Shown here: in pieces, positions 35,851 to 48,526 of the stretch
Layout: the number at the start of each line of letters is the position of its first letter
Position numbering within the stretch: position 1 is the stretch's first letter
Assembly: GCA_004764695.1 (NCBI GenBank)
Contig: SMSO01000006.1
Location: 883,859 to 947,858 of the forward strand
From: Schizochytrium sp. TIO01
Lineage: Eukaryota > Protista > Bigyra: Labyrinthulomycetes
Direction: 5' to 3'
Length of the DNA stretch: 64,000 nucleotides
The notes under the pieces: generated by a model
The model's database searches: none
What the model saw: the letters and a program-made list of their open reading frames with translations, nothing else
What the model was told of the DNA's origin: nothing
Translations under genes and position numbers: made by a program

Positions 35851-37520
35851 GAGAAATAAAAAATCAAGCAATCATCGAATGCAATCCCGCGAGGACCTGC
35901 TGAGCCAGCAAAGCCGGCGCCTGCCGCGTATGCGTGCGTGTCCTTCGAAGACGCCTTTGGTGGCTAACCAGCACTCATTCATTCTCCATTCCAAGCACCA
36001 TCTCCAATCTCATAATCTATCCTGACAATAGAACAGAACAGATCCGCAGTTTTCCATTTCATTTCCTACGATTCCAGTCCCTCCAAAGGAACGCGAGGCA
36101 GAAAGAACGCCCCACTACTGCCAATATGCAAACCCAAAAGAACGGGTCTCGAGGCGCCCTTAGCGGCCTCCCATCCTAAACACTAGTCCTGGCGTTCTAT
36201 TCGGGCACACCTGTAGCCCCTATTGAATGGTAGGTACCCAAACACTACGGAAAAGCAGAAGAAAAGGCTGTGTAGTTCTTTCGAGGATGAGGGCGCCAGG
36301 GCGGTAGCAGTCGGATAGGCGCTCCTAGCGGCACAGGGCGGCGCCTTTTATGATCACTGATGCATGTTTTGCGGAAGGAAAGGAGCTCAAGTACGCTGCT
36401 GTTCGTTGGAGGAAAGAACCTCCGCTCGCTGTGCGAGGAGCAGGAGCAGCTCAGCGTCGATCTCTGCCTGGCCGCCCTGGGTTTGTCTGCCTGTGCTGTG
36501 CTGCGGAGGGCCACGAGACGCGGGTCCTGACGCTTTCGATTCCGGACTCGTTGCTTACATGTCTGTCTTTATTAAATTAAAGTTAGTCATGTATCTATTA
36601 TGATGATCTTCTGATTTTAATCTGATTTTGATCTCTTTTTAATCCAAAGAAAGAAAGATAAAAACTGATTGAATGAATAGCGCATTCACTCATTATATCA
36701 TTAAAGGGGCGAAGAGAGAGGACGAATACCTCTCAGGAATGAAAGCAGAAGGCAATCAACAGACAGACAGGCAGGCAGGCAGGCAGAAGACACCGCTGGA
36801 GACAGACCCGGGTCCCGCGCCCTCCCGCCCCGCCCTGCCTGGAGAGAGCAGCAGCGACTGCCTGCGAGAGAGGCCGCCCCCTTCCTGCGACGGTCGCACT
36901 CCGTGGTTCTTGTAGGAAAGAAAGCTCTGGCCTGGCAGCCGCGGGCCTGGCAGGACTGGACGCAGATCCAAACGCGGCTCCTCGTGCACGAGGAGTTGCA
37001 GCGGGGCAAGGTGCTCCGTAGACTGTTGTAGGGCCGGGGTTCATACAGCGAACGGCGAATCAGGGACCCGCGCTGGCGTTAGCTTGGGAAGGGTCGACTT
37101 GCTTCGGTCTGGGGAAGGAAGGGTACGTGCGACGCCTCGCGCAAGTATTCTCTGTCTTTTGCGGCGGTGCTGTGCTCGTTGACGTCCTTGGTGGTTGCTT
37201 TTTACTCGATTGGTGGACTTTGCTTGGCGCCGTCTTAGAGGTCCATCTATCTGTACCTGACTGTATCGATCTCTCCGAATAGACAAGGAAGTATAGATCT
37301 GTTTGATTTGAGCTCGCAAAAACCTGCAACTAACCCCCGGGAACTTGCGAGCGTTATACGATCGAGCGAGCTGTAAAGATTTACTAGAAGAATCTGGTGA
37401 CAAAGATTATTATTTACAGAACTTGGGATAAGCCAACTGTTGGGCATATAACTGAGTGAATAATTAGGTGGTCCAGAGACCCGAACTGTATACGCTAGAA
37501 TAGTATACCTTGGTTGAGGT

Positions 37521-39677
37521 ATGCCGAGCACAGAAATCCAGGCAAAGACATTGGAGGTTAGGGAAGCCGGCGGTGCTGTGGAAGCTTCGGCGGGGACTGC
37601 AATTAAGAAGGCACGAACTCACGAGAACGAACCAGGTTCTCCCGAATCTGCAGAAACCTGGGCTCAAGAAGCCGAGGCCAGGGCTTCAGGATCCAGATCT
37701 AACGCACCTTCGCATAGAGTTCACAAAGAAGCGAAGCATCAAGACTTTGTACAACAGAGTGGCACAGGAACTACGTCGTCAACTGCATCATCTCCGTTTA
37801 CATCAGCAGCTTCTTCCTCGTCGTTGACGTCACAGGGACCTCCATCGGCCATCAGTGAACTTGGCAAGACTTCAAGTGCCAAGAAGCATCCTCATTCAGT
37901 AAAAACCGCTGCAGGGTCACTATCAGCATCCTCGTTTGCATCTTGTGCTGCTAGCCTGTCAAAAAAACATCCCATCGAGGAAGAAAATAAAACCGAAAAC
38001 GAAGGCGAGAAGACTACACCTTCCGCTACGCCAAGATCAGGCAATATGAACGCAACTAGCACATCTAGTCACATCGCAGAGCATGCTGCAACTCAAGAGG
38101 CTCCTGCAACACCCTCGTCACATTCTTCACGAAGCGAATCAGCAGTTGCCACACCCGCTCCTGGCGCATTTGGTCTCAGGCTCTCGTCCTTTATTGAGGA
38201 CTCCTTTGAGAACTGGAAAGTTGGGGATCGTTACAATGTGATTAAGATTCTTGGTCATGGAAGCTACGGACAAGTTGCTGAAGCCTTTGATACGCAAGAC
38301 AAGATTCGTGTCGCTATCAAGTGTATCCACAATGTATTTGATCAAGAAATTGATACAAAGCGTATTCTGCGGGAAGTGTACATTCTGCGCCACCTCAAAC
38401 ACAAAAACGTTATTCGTCTCTTAAACATTGTTACCCCTCCGGAGGACCGTGAAAACTTCAATGAGATCTACCTTGTCTTTGAGTTTGTTGACACTGACCT
38501 TCATAAGCTCATCAATAGTCCTCAGTATCTCACTATTGAGCACGTGCGTACCTTTTTATACCAAATGCTATGTGCGCTCAAGTACATTCACTCATCTCTT
38601 GTGATTCATCGCGATATTAAACCTGCTAATATTCTCATCAGCGAGGATTGTGCACTCAAGGTCTGTGATTTTGGCCTGGCGCGCGTGGTACCTCCGAGCC
38701 GTTTCGTAGGTGACGCTGCGACGGCAATGGCGAGACAGGCCGAAAAAACCGCGCGTGCACGTAGGAAAAGACCTCGGTCGAGTAGTACGGAGTCCAGCGA
38801 GGTTTCTGACACGGGCGCAACTCCCGGTGAAACTGAATCATCAGGCGTTCCTTCGCGCCCTACCTCGCGACGAAAGACTTCACACTCACCGCACTCGCCA
38901 ACAACGCCTCGTGACGCCGTTGATGGTAATGTAGCTGAAGATGACCTTGCGCAAGACGATCAAGAGGGCGTGAGTAGTGCAGACGGCGAAGGTGAAGGTG
39001 AAGGCAACGGTAGTAACGAAGACAATACGACAACCGGAGGCGAGGAAAATGTCGAAGAACCTCGTCGTCTGCAGAGGCAGCTTACAAAACATGTAGTTAC
39101 CCGCTGGTATCGCCCTCCTGAGCTTATCCTCTTGCAAGAGTACACAAACGCCGTGGATATGTGGTCTGTCGGATGCATTTTTGCTGAGCTTTTGGGCATG
39201 GAAAAAGGGAGCGTGAACTCTTTTAAAGAGCGCACGCCCTTGTTTCCAGGCAAGTCGTGCTTCCCTCTTAGTGCTGAACACGACAAAACATACAAGGACC
39301 GTTTGGACCAGCTCAACGTTATTTTCAGAACCATCGGCACACCTTCAGCAGCTGAAATTGAAGACCTTGGTGAAGTTAAGCACTACCTAGGTCGTCTCCC
39401 ACCAAAGAAGCCGATTGACTTTGCTGTTAAATTTAAGGCCGCCACTGCTGAAGCCCTTGACCTTCTTTCCAAGATGCTCGTTTTTAATCCAAAGACACGA
39501 ATCAGCGTAGATGATGCACTACTTCATCCCTTCTTGCAATCTGTTCGGGATATGGAGGCTGAAGAAGTTGCTCCAGAAGGACTACTCAACAATTTTGACG
39601 TTGTTGAGCTTTCCCGCCACCAGCTCAAGGCCAAACTAATTACCGAGATTAACCGTTATCGCGCGGTGCCAATCTAA
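37521..39677 (+). CDS. Atypical mitogen-activated protein kinase (CMGC), 718 aa
   Basis: GHGSYG, VAIK, KRILRE, HRDIKPAN, CDFGLAR, a long insert, LTKHVVTRWYRPPE and DMWSVGC; Ser-rich N-terminal extension. Confidence 0.93.
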   Translation: MPSTEIQAKTLEVREAGGAVEASAGTAIKKARTHENEPGSPESAETWAQEAEARASGSRSNAPSHRVHKEAKHQDFVQQSGTGTTSSTASSPFTSAASSSSLTSQGPPSAISELGKTSSAKKHPHSVKTAAGSLSASSFASCAASLSKKHPIEEENKTENEGEKTTPSATPRSGNMNATSTSSHIAEHAATQEAPATPSSHSSRSESAVATPAPGAFGLRLSSFIEDSFENWKVGDRYNVIKILGHGSYGQVAEAFDTQDKIRVAIKCIHNVFDQEIDTKRILREVYILRHLKHKNVIRLLNIVTPPEDRENFNEIYLVFEFVDTDLHKLINSPQYLTIEHVRTFLYQMLCALKYIHSSLVIHRDIKPANILISEDCALKVCDFGLARVVPPSRFVGDAATAMARQAEKTARARRKRPRSSSTESSEVSDTGATPGETESSGVPSRPTSRRKTSHSPHSPTTPRDAVDGNVAEDDLAQDDQEGVSSADGEGEGEGNGSNEDNTTTGGEENVEEPRRLQRQLTKHVVTRWYRPPELILLQEYTNAVDMWSVGCIFAELLGMEKGSVNSFKERTPLFPGKSCFPLSAEHDKTYKDRLDQLNVIFRTIGTPSAAEIEDLGEVKHYLGRLPPKKPIDFAVKFKAATAEALDLLSKMLVFNPKTRISVDDALLHPFLQSVRDMEAEEVAPEGLLNNFDVVELSRHQLKAKLITEINRYRAVPI

Positions 39678-40484
39678 TGTATCTATCTCTGGCCATGTAC
39701 CTCTCTCTGTTCAAACCTCACGGAAACACAAGTAAGACGTTCTTCTTTCAACTTTTAATTTTCTAATATAAGACACATTTCTGTGATTTGTAAGATTTTG
39801 GCTCCTATTGCTTTCTTTTCTCATCACTTTTCTCACTCCTTCCAAGAATGCAATCTTCAAAGCTGCTTCGACGAGGTAGTACTCTCTACTATACCCTGAA
39901 AATTATTACCAACCACATATGTTTTTATTTTGCTTATATACAATATCTATTGCATAGTTATCGATAGCTCCCCGACCTTCTCAATTCTCAGAAATTGGTA
40001 GTAGGTACTAGAGAATGCAAAACGTATATTCTTGTTTGAGGACCTTCATTTCACAAACACAACTTAATTTAAAGGCCCCCATCGACAACACAATCTTAAC
40101 TCTAATTCATGCACAGCTCAATAACTTGACCCACGCGATTACAAATTTTCCTATCGCGAAACCCATTAAACATTGATCTTACAGCTCCTATTTGTTATGC
40201 AACCGTATCTTTGTTCGTTATCTTGCAAGAATTTGCAAATAAGATGTAACGAGAAGTAATGCGCTCTTGTAAGTTGGTCATCACCTGAAGCTTTGCAATA
40301 CCTCCTCGCAGGAGCAGCGCGGGTGCTGCTGCCCCTCGCCCTTCGCGGATATATCGTCGCTAGATTCATCAATCTCTTCAGCGGCGTCCTTTTTTGCAAG
40401 CTTTGCCGCGTTCGCCAAGGTCTATAAGCTGCGGGAGGTTTGCCTGATTTCCAGCAGACCCGCTTCTCCTTTGAACCCGTGACC

Positions 40485-43235
40485 ATGCTTGGCTGGAGCA
40501 GCCTCCGCACGTCCTCTTGCCTCGTAGGGGGCGTAGGCGGTGGGTCATCGTCTTCTGTGGCACGCTCTGTGCTACGCGAGGCGGTTCCCTTAAGCAAGAA
40601 GTCGTCTACATCGTCCTCATTGGCCTCATTCTCGAAATCCTCACCTTGCTCACCATGGCCTTCTCCAGCCTCAATGCGCCTTGCGGCTGCGCCGTTCTCC
40701 TCGCGGGCTTTTATTGCTCCTAATAGCGCTTGGCGTCATCTCCTCCAGCTGCTTCCGCGTCATGACCGTCGCCTGCTGGTTGCCGGAGGGTCTCTTGCGC
40801 TCCTCGGATTTGCCATGGCGGCGCCATCAATGACCATTTGCGAAGCGGAGCCTCGAACAAGTGTCCTCCGTCTCCACGGGGCCAGGAACGGGGACCTCAG
40901 GGGTATTGTTACTGGTTATGATAGCCCTGAGGCTGCCCCGAACGGGTCTCCTGACGGTAAGAAAGCTGCAAAGGAAGTCGAGAATGACGAGGGTAATGAT
41001 GAGAACAAGGACGAGGATGGCAAAGATGTAGACGAAGAGGCGGACGAAGACGCTGGAACAAAGAAGAAGAAAAAGGGTAAGAAGGAAAGTGAAGCGAAGA
41101 ACTCTGCGAGTGAGGATCGGAAACGATGGGCATTGCTATTGTCTCTTATGGCGAAGGATAAATGGTACTACCTGCTGGCGGCGGTCTCGTCGCTGCTAAG
41201 CTCTTTGGCAGCATCGGCCCAAGGAAGGGTTGTAGGCAAACTGTTTGATGCCATGGGAGGGAAGGAGTTTGAGAACCTCGTTCAGCCGCTTCAGCACTTG
41301 CTTGGATTGTTTCTGTCGCAAGCAGCGCTGTCTTTTGTGTCGTCATTTGCACTGGCAGTCGCTACTACGGAGTTTGGCAGACGCTTGAGAGTTATGTTTT
41401 ATGAATCTACTCTGCGTAAGGATATTGAAAAATTTGATGACTCCCGCACTGGAGAGATTACGCATCAGCTTACACAGGACATCGGATCGCTCCAGACGGC
41501 GGTACGCACGGCGTTCTCTAGAGGTGTAGAGGGTGTGACCTCTATAATCAGTGGCAGTATTTACCTGTACATGGCCTCCCCCAAGCTGGCCCTTGCAATG
41601 TTCTCCATCCTTCCAGTGATGAGTGGCGCAGCCCACGTTCTTGGTGTACTCTTGCGCGGGCTCTCAGATCGCATTCGCCGGGCAAGCAACCGTGCCACGG
41701 GTGTTGCCAACGAGGCACTGAGCGCTATTCACACTGTACGTTCCTTTGGCAGCGAGGATCGCGAGCTTGAGCGTTACAGCGACGAGCTTCAGACCGTCTC
41801 CGACCTTAAGCGTACGATGGCTCTCACGGCAGGCGGGTTCTACTCTCTTCTTCATCTTGGTATCAACTTGATCACATTGCTTATTTGTGGTTACGGTGGC
41901 CAGCTAGTGACGAATGGAGAGCTTACACGCGGTGGAATTGCTGCGATTGTCACTCAAGTGCAAATCTTGGAGCGCTCCATGGCTCGCCTTAGTATTGTCT
42001 CTGCTCAATTAGTCAAGGCGTTCCGCTCTTCGGAGCACATCTTCGACGCCATTCATGATATCCCTAAGGTTAACACTGCCGCTGGCGGACTTGGGCTCAT
42101 GCCAAATTTAAGTGATGTACATGGTGATGTATCCTTTCGTGGTGTAACCTTCGCTTATCCTTCGCGTCCGGAAATCACCGTGCTTGACAACTTCAGCCTC
42201 GATGTGCACAGTGGTCAAGGTAAGTATCTGTTCTCTGTTCCTAGCATTATGTTCTCATTTCTGAAAAGCACTGCAAGTATTGTGGAAAGGCAGGAAAAGG
42301 AGCATGGAGCAATTTAAGGCAGGATAGTTAGGATACAATATACATTGATGCAAGAGCGTAACTAACACGAAATACTAACATGGGCCATTAATGTTGCTGT
42401 AATTGTTACGTCGAATTCCTTATGAATGTAGTCGTCGCGTTGGTTGGTGCGAGCGGTTCCGGAAAAAGCACAATCGGTGCGCTCCTGTAAGTTTGTTTTA
42501 ATCTTATACAATTGTTCATCATGCATGCAGGCGAGCATGAGAAATTGTCGTGGTGGTAAGCTTGAAAAACTCACAAGTTTAACTGATTGCCCCAATTTGT
42601 GCATTTTGTTGTATAAATATAATTTATTGACTGCTCCCATAAACAGAAAACGATTCTATGATGTGGCGGGGGGACAGGTCACTATCGATGGTATTGATTT
42701 GCGCGATTTGGACCCTAAGGCGCTGCACAAAATCGTTGGAGTAGTCTCACAAGAGCCTACCTTGTTTGGCACCACCATTAAGGAGAACATCATGTACGGT
42801 CAGCCTGACGCAACTATGGACGATGTTATTGAAGCAGCCAAGGCAGCAAATGCCCACAACTTCATTATGGAATTTCCGGAAGGATATGACACCGAGCTCG
42901 GTGAGCGTGGCGTTCTTCTTTCTGGTGGCCAGAAACAGCGAATTGCAATTGCTCGCGCCATTATTCAGGATCCCTCAACTCTCATTCTTGATGAAGCAAC
43001 CTCTGCTTTAGATACGGAGTCAGAGCGTGTGGTCCAAGCTGCGCTCGACAAGTTGCTGCAGGATAAGAGGCGCACTACGATCATCATTGCCCACCGCCTC
43101 ACCACAATCCGAGATGCTGATGTCATTGTGGTTCTGGACAAAGGAAAGATCGTAGAAATGGGCTCACATGACGAACTTTTGCGCCGAAAGGGTGCTTACG
43201 CCCGTCTGTACCAAGTGCAGAAATCATCTGTCTAA
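40485..43235 (+). CDS. ABCB (MDL1/ABCB8/ABCB10-like) half transporter, probably mitochondrial; exons 40485-42219, 42432-42486, 42647-43235
   Basis: Presequence-like N-terminus, ABC transmembrane domain, FAYPSRP, Walker [10 protein letters not shown] in a 55-nt exon, Q-loop [29 protein letters not shown] and IAHRL. GT-AG junctions keep the frame. Confidence 0.93.
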
Positions 43236-45291
43236 TCTAGCAATGAAAAGAGAAACGTTTCAGCAGAAGCTGTATGCTTCACCTTTATCTAGCAAACAGT
43301 TTTAGTTTTAAACTGGATATGGGGTGAGAATCGTGGTCGTACATTGCCGATGTCGTTCTCTTATACTCCAAACAAAGTCCAATGCCTCCTAATATCTCTG
43401 TGATACGGATGGCCAGCTTAGTTGCTTGCCTCAAACACCAGCATACTGTTGTTTCTTTTCTTTTCTGTATCAACGAGCACAGTGTCCAGGGTCGATTCTC
43501 CGTCGTTTATTAGATGAAATGTCACCCGTGCTATCGTGTCTGTAGCACGTTTCTTGCTCTCTTTAGAGCTTTATAGATTGACTAGAATGAAGAATGACTT
43601 GTATAAACAATAATTCTTTTTCGTGTTTGTTCCTTCTTTTAGAGAGTTTCGTTTGCTTGGGTTTTCTAAAGTCTGCCCACAATGTTCTGTTCTTTATGAA
43701 AAAATAAGCAAACTTTGTCTTGTTCTCTCTCCCGGTCTTACTATGCCTCTCTTTATATTTAGTCGTCCTTTTGGTTAAACTATGCTAGGGGTATTTTATT
43801 TATATTTAGATTTCAATGTGTACAACGAGATGAAAAGGACATGTTTAGAACTTTGGCAACTACAAAGCAAGCAACTTGAAAGGGAGCAATATCATAAATG
43901 TTCAGTCGTGGTTGTACATGTTAAAAGTTAATTTATATCACTACTGTGACTGTTAATTGAACCTTTTACGTAAGCATCCGACGCAAGACTACATCAACTC
44001 ATAATCAAGATTAATAAGTGCTTGGAATTAGCACACAAATTGCCTGTATTATAAGGCAAGTAAAGATTCATATCAAGTCTTTAATCTTAGTTTAGAGTAC
44101 CAATGCTCCTCAAAATAGCTTCAAAGTGTTCATTTATGATCACTTAAGAATACTCAGCTCTCCTCAATCAAGCCTGACTTTCCAGTTGGGGGTAGCTTGT
44201 TAGTTGTTTCATTCGTGTCATGAATGAAGAGTCCATCGGCAACATGTATAAACCAAGGAAAAAAATTATTGATCAATTTGCGTGATTTCCGCGAACACGC
44301 TTGTTTGGTGTATATTTTATCCCATATTTACATATTTAAGCAGTTAAAATAACCGCTTGGTTAACTTTGCTTAGTCCTATGATGGGCAACATTTATTAGA
44401 ATTCTGCAATCTATTCGTAATTCCTACTAGAACAACGGTATGAACGTATTCCTGCATAGCATTTTGAGACTAGTATCTAATCGAAAGCCTTTGAAGAGTG
44501 TACAACATAGTAAAGACAGCCGAGAGGCAATAACATACGAAAATTGTCTAGTTGGCAGTGCTCGAGCTTCAACAGAGCTGTGGTGCGCATTGCCTGCGAA
44601 GGCAGGTGATGGAGACAGTTTTCTTTTAGGGAGATGAAAGCTAGTTTGATGCACGCAGAACTTTTGTGGAATGGTGTGAACTACCTTGCGCATCAGAGAG
44701 AATATTTAGCACAACACTATTTAATTCCGTCTCGTAAGCATGTATAGTAGACAAACAAAAGCAATATCTCATAGAATCGTTTCTTCTTCATTTGCTTGGT
44801 TCGATTTAGAAATGAAAAATAACATGTCTGTTATTACAATCCAAATCTAGATACCAAAAAACAAATAAAAATCGGGAACTGTCATTTGCATAAGCTGGCT
44901 TGTTTCTCCAGCCTGGGGCATGACATTATGTAAGTCACCATACTGCTGAAAGGTGATAATGATTTGCGTGAGGTTGACTGTAAAGATGAAGGCAAGAAGC
45001 TTGATGAAGGTTATAAGAAGGTTGATTTAAGTGTTAGCGAACTGCTGTCCTGAGGAATGAATTCCAGGACAGATGGATTCATCTAGTAATTAGGGAGATT
45101 AAGACATTCTTGAATGTGGTTGGAGATGATCGATGGGGTTAGGTTATCCACCCTTCTCCAACCATCGATTCAAGCTAAAACAAGCTTGGGTGTCGATAAT
45201 GGGCATTCACACTTCTAGTTCTTGGCTTCAGCAGCCACATAAGTCTGGCTGCCTATTCTTGTTCTAATGTAAACCTTATTGCTATTGGGTT

Positions 45292-45400
45292 TTACAAAGG
45301 GACACCAAGAACTCTAGCAATGTCTTGTCCACTAGTTCCTTCGATTGGAGATCTCAGCACATACGAAGTTAGAATGAAAGCTCGAGTTAGTAGATAGCCG
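45292..45400 (-). repeat. Dispersed repeat family, copy C
   Basis: Shares the RSP(I/V)EGT..QDIAR-encoding core with 28517-28558 and 30405-30446. Confidence 0.65.
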
Positions 45401-45840
45401 GAAATTAGAGTTAAAAAGAGTGTATTATTGCACGCTAGCTTGCTTCTGTGCCAGATCAACAATGAAAAAATTGCGTTTCTTGTTTCCAGGAAGGTGAAGG
45501 AACAATGACTCTGTATCTTATATTCAATAGTGAAAATTACCAGTTTCCAACTACTAAGGCAGAGTTGGAATAGACGGTACATCAGGTACGATCTTCATTG
45601 TCTTACTAGTTTGGTACTCGATAATCATTCCTTATCAAAATGTTACGATAGGTTTCCTTTCCCTCCAAGAGCTATAGAATTGAGTTCTCAAGTGCTGAAA
45701 AGAAGGATCGACCCGGTTGCAAGCTAAGCTTGGACTTAGTCGCACAAGAATGTCTGTAAGAACGACGACAAGGTTGTACTTTGCCAGAGTCTCCTGGAAG
45801 GTTACCTCCATTTTAAAATAAGATTTCAAATTTATCAACG

Positions 45841-48526
45841 TTATTCCAATCTAAATCCGGTGCCGACGATATCTGGTGTTAGTAGGGGTAAGAGTTGTGC
45901 TCCTAGAATGCTGGGAAGGCTTTTGTCTTGAATATTTTTATGCCAGTACTCACGCAGACGCTCCGCGCGTAGCAACCGCCATGCCTCGCGAACTTGCTCA
46001 AATGAATCAGGATAAAATGGGTCTTTCCCAAGTTTTCTGGAGCAGGTTGCTACATGCCTGTGGCACGCGTCACTATCCTCTGAGCAATAACCCAAACACC
46101 AAGCGCAAAAGTTTTGCCCGCATGCCGTATTGCCACATTTCACAGCACAGCACCCATCAAAGGTATCGAAGCAGGCATTGCAGCTCGGACAATATGCATT
46201 CAATATTTTCTCCTGTATGTACTGCAAATGTCGCTGTGCGTCAAGCGCCAGGCCATCCAGCTGTAGAATTTCTGCCATGCGTCTCTGGATTACTTGCTCA
46301 GCATGAATGGCAGCTCCTTCTTCTGCCTTCATCTTCGCAATGAGCAAAAGATGGTTCAAAGCCTTAGGCGCAAGATGAGTAATTGCTTGACCTGTGATTC
46401 TTCCATCACATCCAAGCGTCATGCAGACCATTGTTCCATCAGCATCCACAGTTATAGAGGGGTGCGGTTGTGCAGCAGCCTCTACTGAGCGAACAATACA
46501 ATCTCGGCAGATGAAGTGCCCTTTCTCGCAGCTTGTGCCTTCACAGAGAGGGATTTCCTCGATACACACAAGACACTTCTGAACAGGAACCTCAGGAACT
46601 CCAAATGCTTCGTGCTGGAGTGCTTCTCGAGCGCTCATACGTTGCTTCGGGTTTGGGGCTTTAAGTTTCTTGATAAGGTCCTGCATTGCACTATCTGGCT
46701 GAGAATACAGTTCTTCTAGGACTACACCCACAGAGTACATATCCATCGGTGTTTCGAACCTATCTACTGGTCTACTTTGTAATTCAGGAGCAGCATATCG
46801 AGGTGTTGCGTAAAGAGATGTAAAAGTTGCGGTGCAATCTGCAGTTTTTATACCGTCGAAATCGCCCAGCAAGGGAGTTCCGTTGCTCGAGAGGAATATA
46901 TTTTCTGGCTTGATGTCACAGTGCACGATGTCATGCGAATGTAAGTCCGCCACGCCAACAAGTAAGCCAATGGCAAGTCGGTCACGAGCTGCTTTGTCTT
47001 CGTGAGGATATTTCTCAATCCATTCGGCTAGGCTGCCCTGCTCATAGAAAGGCATAACAATGCAGCCACGCGGCACTCCGTGCGTGGTGTCTACGAAAGC
47101 ACCAATAATTCGGATCACATGGTGAGAAAATACTTTGCCTAGATTTGCTACATTCGTGTAGAACGTCTTGGCGTGGCTTGGGTGTCCCAATTGGAACTGT
47201 TTCAGAACTAGAGTCTTGCCATTACTATCTAAAACCTTTTGCACCGTCTTGCCACCTCTCGATGCGAGGAGGTCACCAATAGGTTGGAAATCCGTAATCT
47301 GCACGTTTACCAGCCAGAGATCCGAGCTAGCCACCTCAAACACACCCTCCGCGCTTACATGTATTCTTCCTAGCCAGGCTTGATCTTTCAGCAGCTCTGG
47401 ATAATACTCTTGCGCATGCTGCAGAGTTTCAGCAAGCTTGTGACGAAACGCTTTACTTAGTTCTATAGGGGTCCCTTGGGAGAGGATCTCCTCTTGTTCT
47501 GCAACCTCATCTCTGTAAAATGCTCTCTTCTTTTCTGTACTTGCAGCCTGAAGGCTATCCTTAGCTCTTTTTAAGCCTTCCATCGCACGTCGTGACCTGT
47601 CTAGCTTTTCATAGATCAGTTCAAGGTTCGTAACGTCTGGCTGGTTTGAGCCTAAAAGCACGTACTCGTGTATCTCCGAAAGTTCTTCTGGTGAAAGCCT
47701 TCTAGTAAGTTTGTTGGACTTGCTACTTTCGGTAAAGTTTTCTACACGCTGGAGTGTTTCGCTGATATCGTAAAGTATTTTAGACACGGGAACACTAAAG
47801 GTGTCTGATTTCAACACTTCGAGCTCCTCTTGAAGAGAATTTTGCAGCTCAGAGAGCTCAAATTCCAGCTTTGCAGCCTTTCCAGGTCTTCTGAGGGCAA
47901 TCCAGAATACATGGCCAAGATTCAACTCAGTTGCTCGCGAGATAACGCTCTCAACAGCTCGTTCGCTTCGTTCTCCAATGTTGTTTAGATGTCCTTCTTG
48001 GTTCATTGTGTACTCTTCAATGCATTTCTCAGCCTCATGGACAAGTTCTTGGCTATGCTCTAAGTCGTCTGCACATGACCCTTCTGTGACTGATGCATCA
48101 CTTGTGTCTAGATCTTCTATCAAGCTTACAAGCCTTTCTTTGAATTTGCAAACGAAATCTTCATCACTTTCGCAATGCTTTGCATGAAGCCACGGATACA
48201 CGTCTTGCAAGAGTGATCGTAGACGCTCCCTTTCGGCATCTCGCTTCTGAACGAGATCATGCAAGCCACCGGGCGGGCTTGCACGAATCTGGACTTGTAA
48301 GGCATCTAAGCGTTCTTTGGAAATTTGGATGTCACCAGACACCTGTCGCAACTTCACTTGGCCAAAGTAGCCCTGGATGACCGGTTCTGTGAAATCCTTG
48401 AGCAAACCGATAGCGGTCTGCAGGAAACTGCCTCTGGTCTCGCCGAGACCCCCGCGCAAGTCGAAGACCTCCTTCGCAAGTTGGACCACATCAGCAAAAC
48501 TCACGCTGGCGGTACCTGGCCTGTCC
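45841..48526 (-). CDS. Terminal exon of the LRR gene: helical/coiled-coil region, Ser/Thr kinase-like domain, C3HC4 RING and RING2/IBR-like domain
   Basis: LVLKQF, HCDIKPENI, GDFDG, YAAPEL, DMYSVG; CLVC..C.KGHFICRDC..CMTLGC; CPSC..FDGCCAVKC..CGQNFCAWC..CHRH. The first ~70 codons of the 964-aa ORF are intron (GCT repeats, pyrimidine tract, TTCAG acceptor at 48527). Confidence 0.9.
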
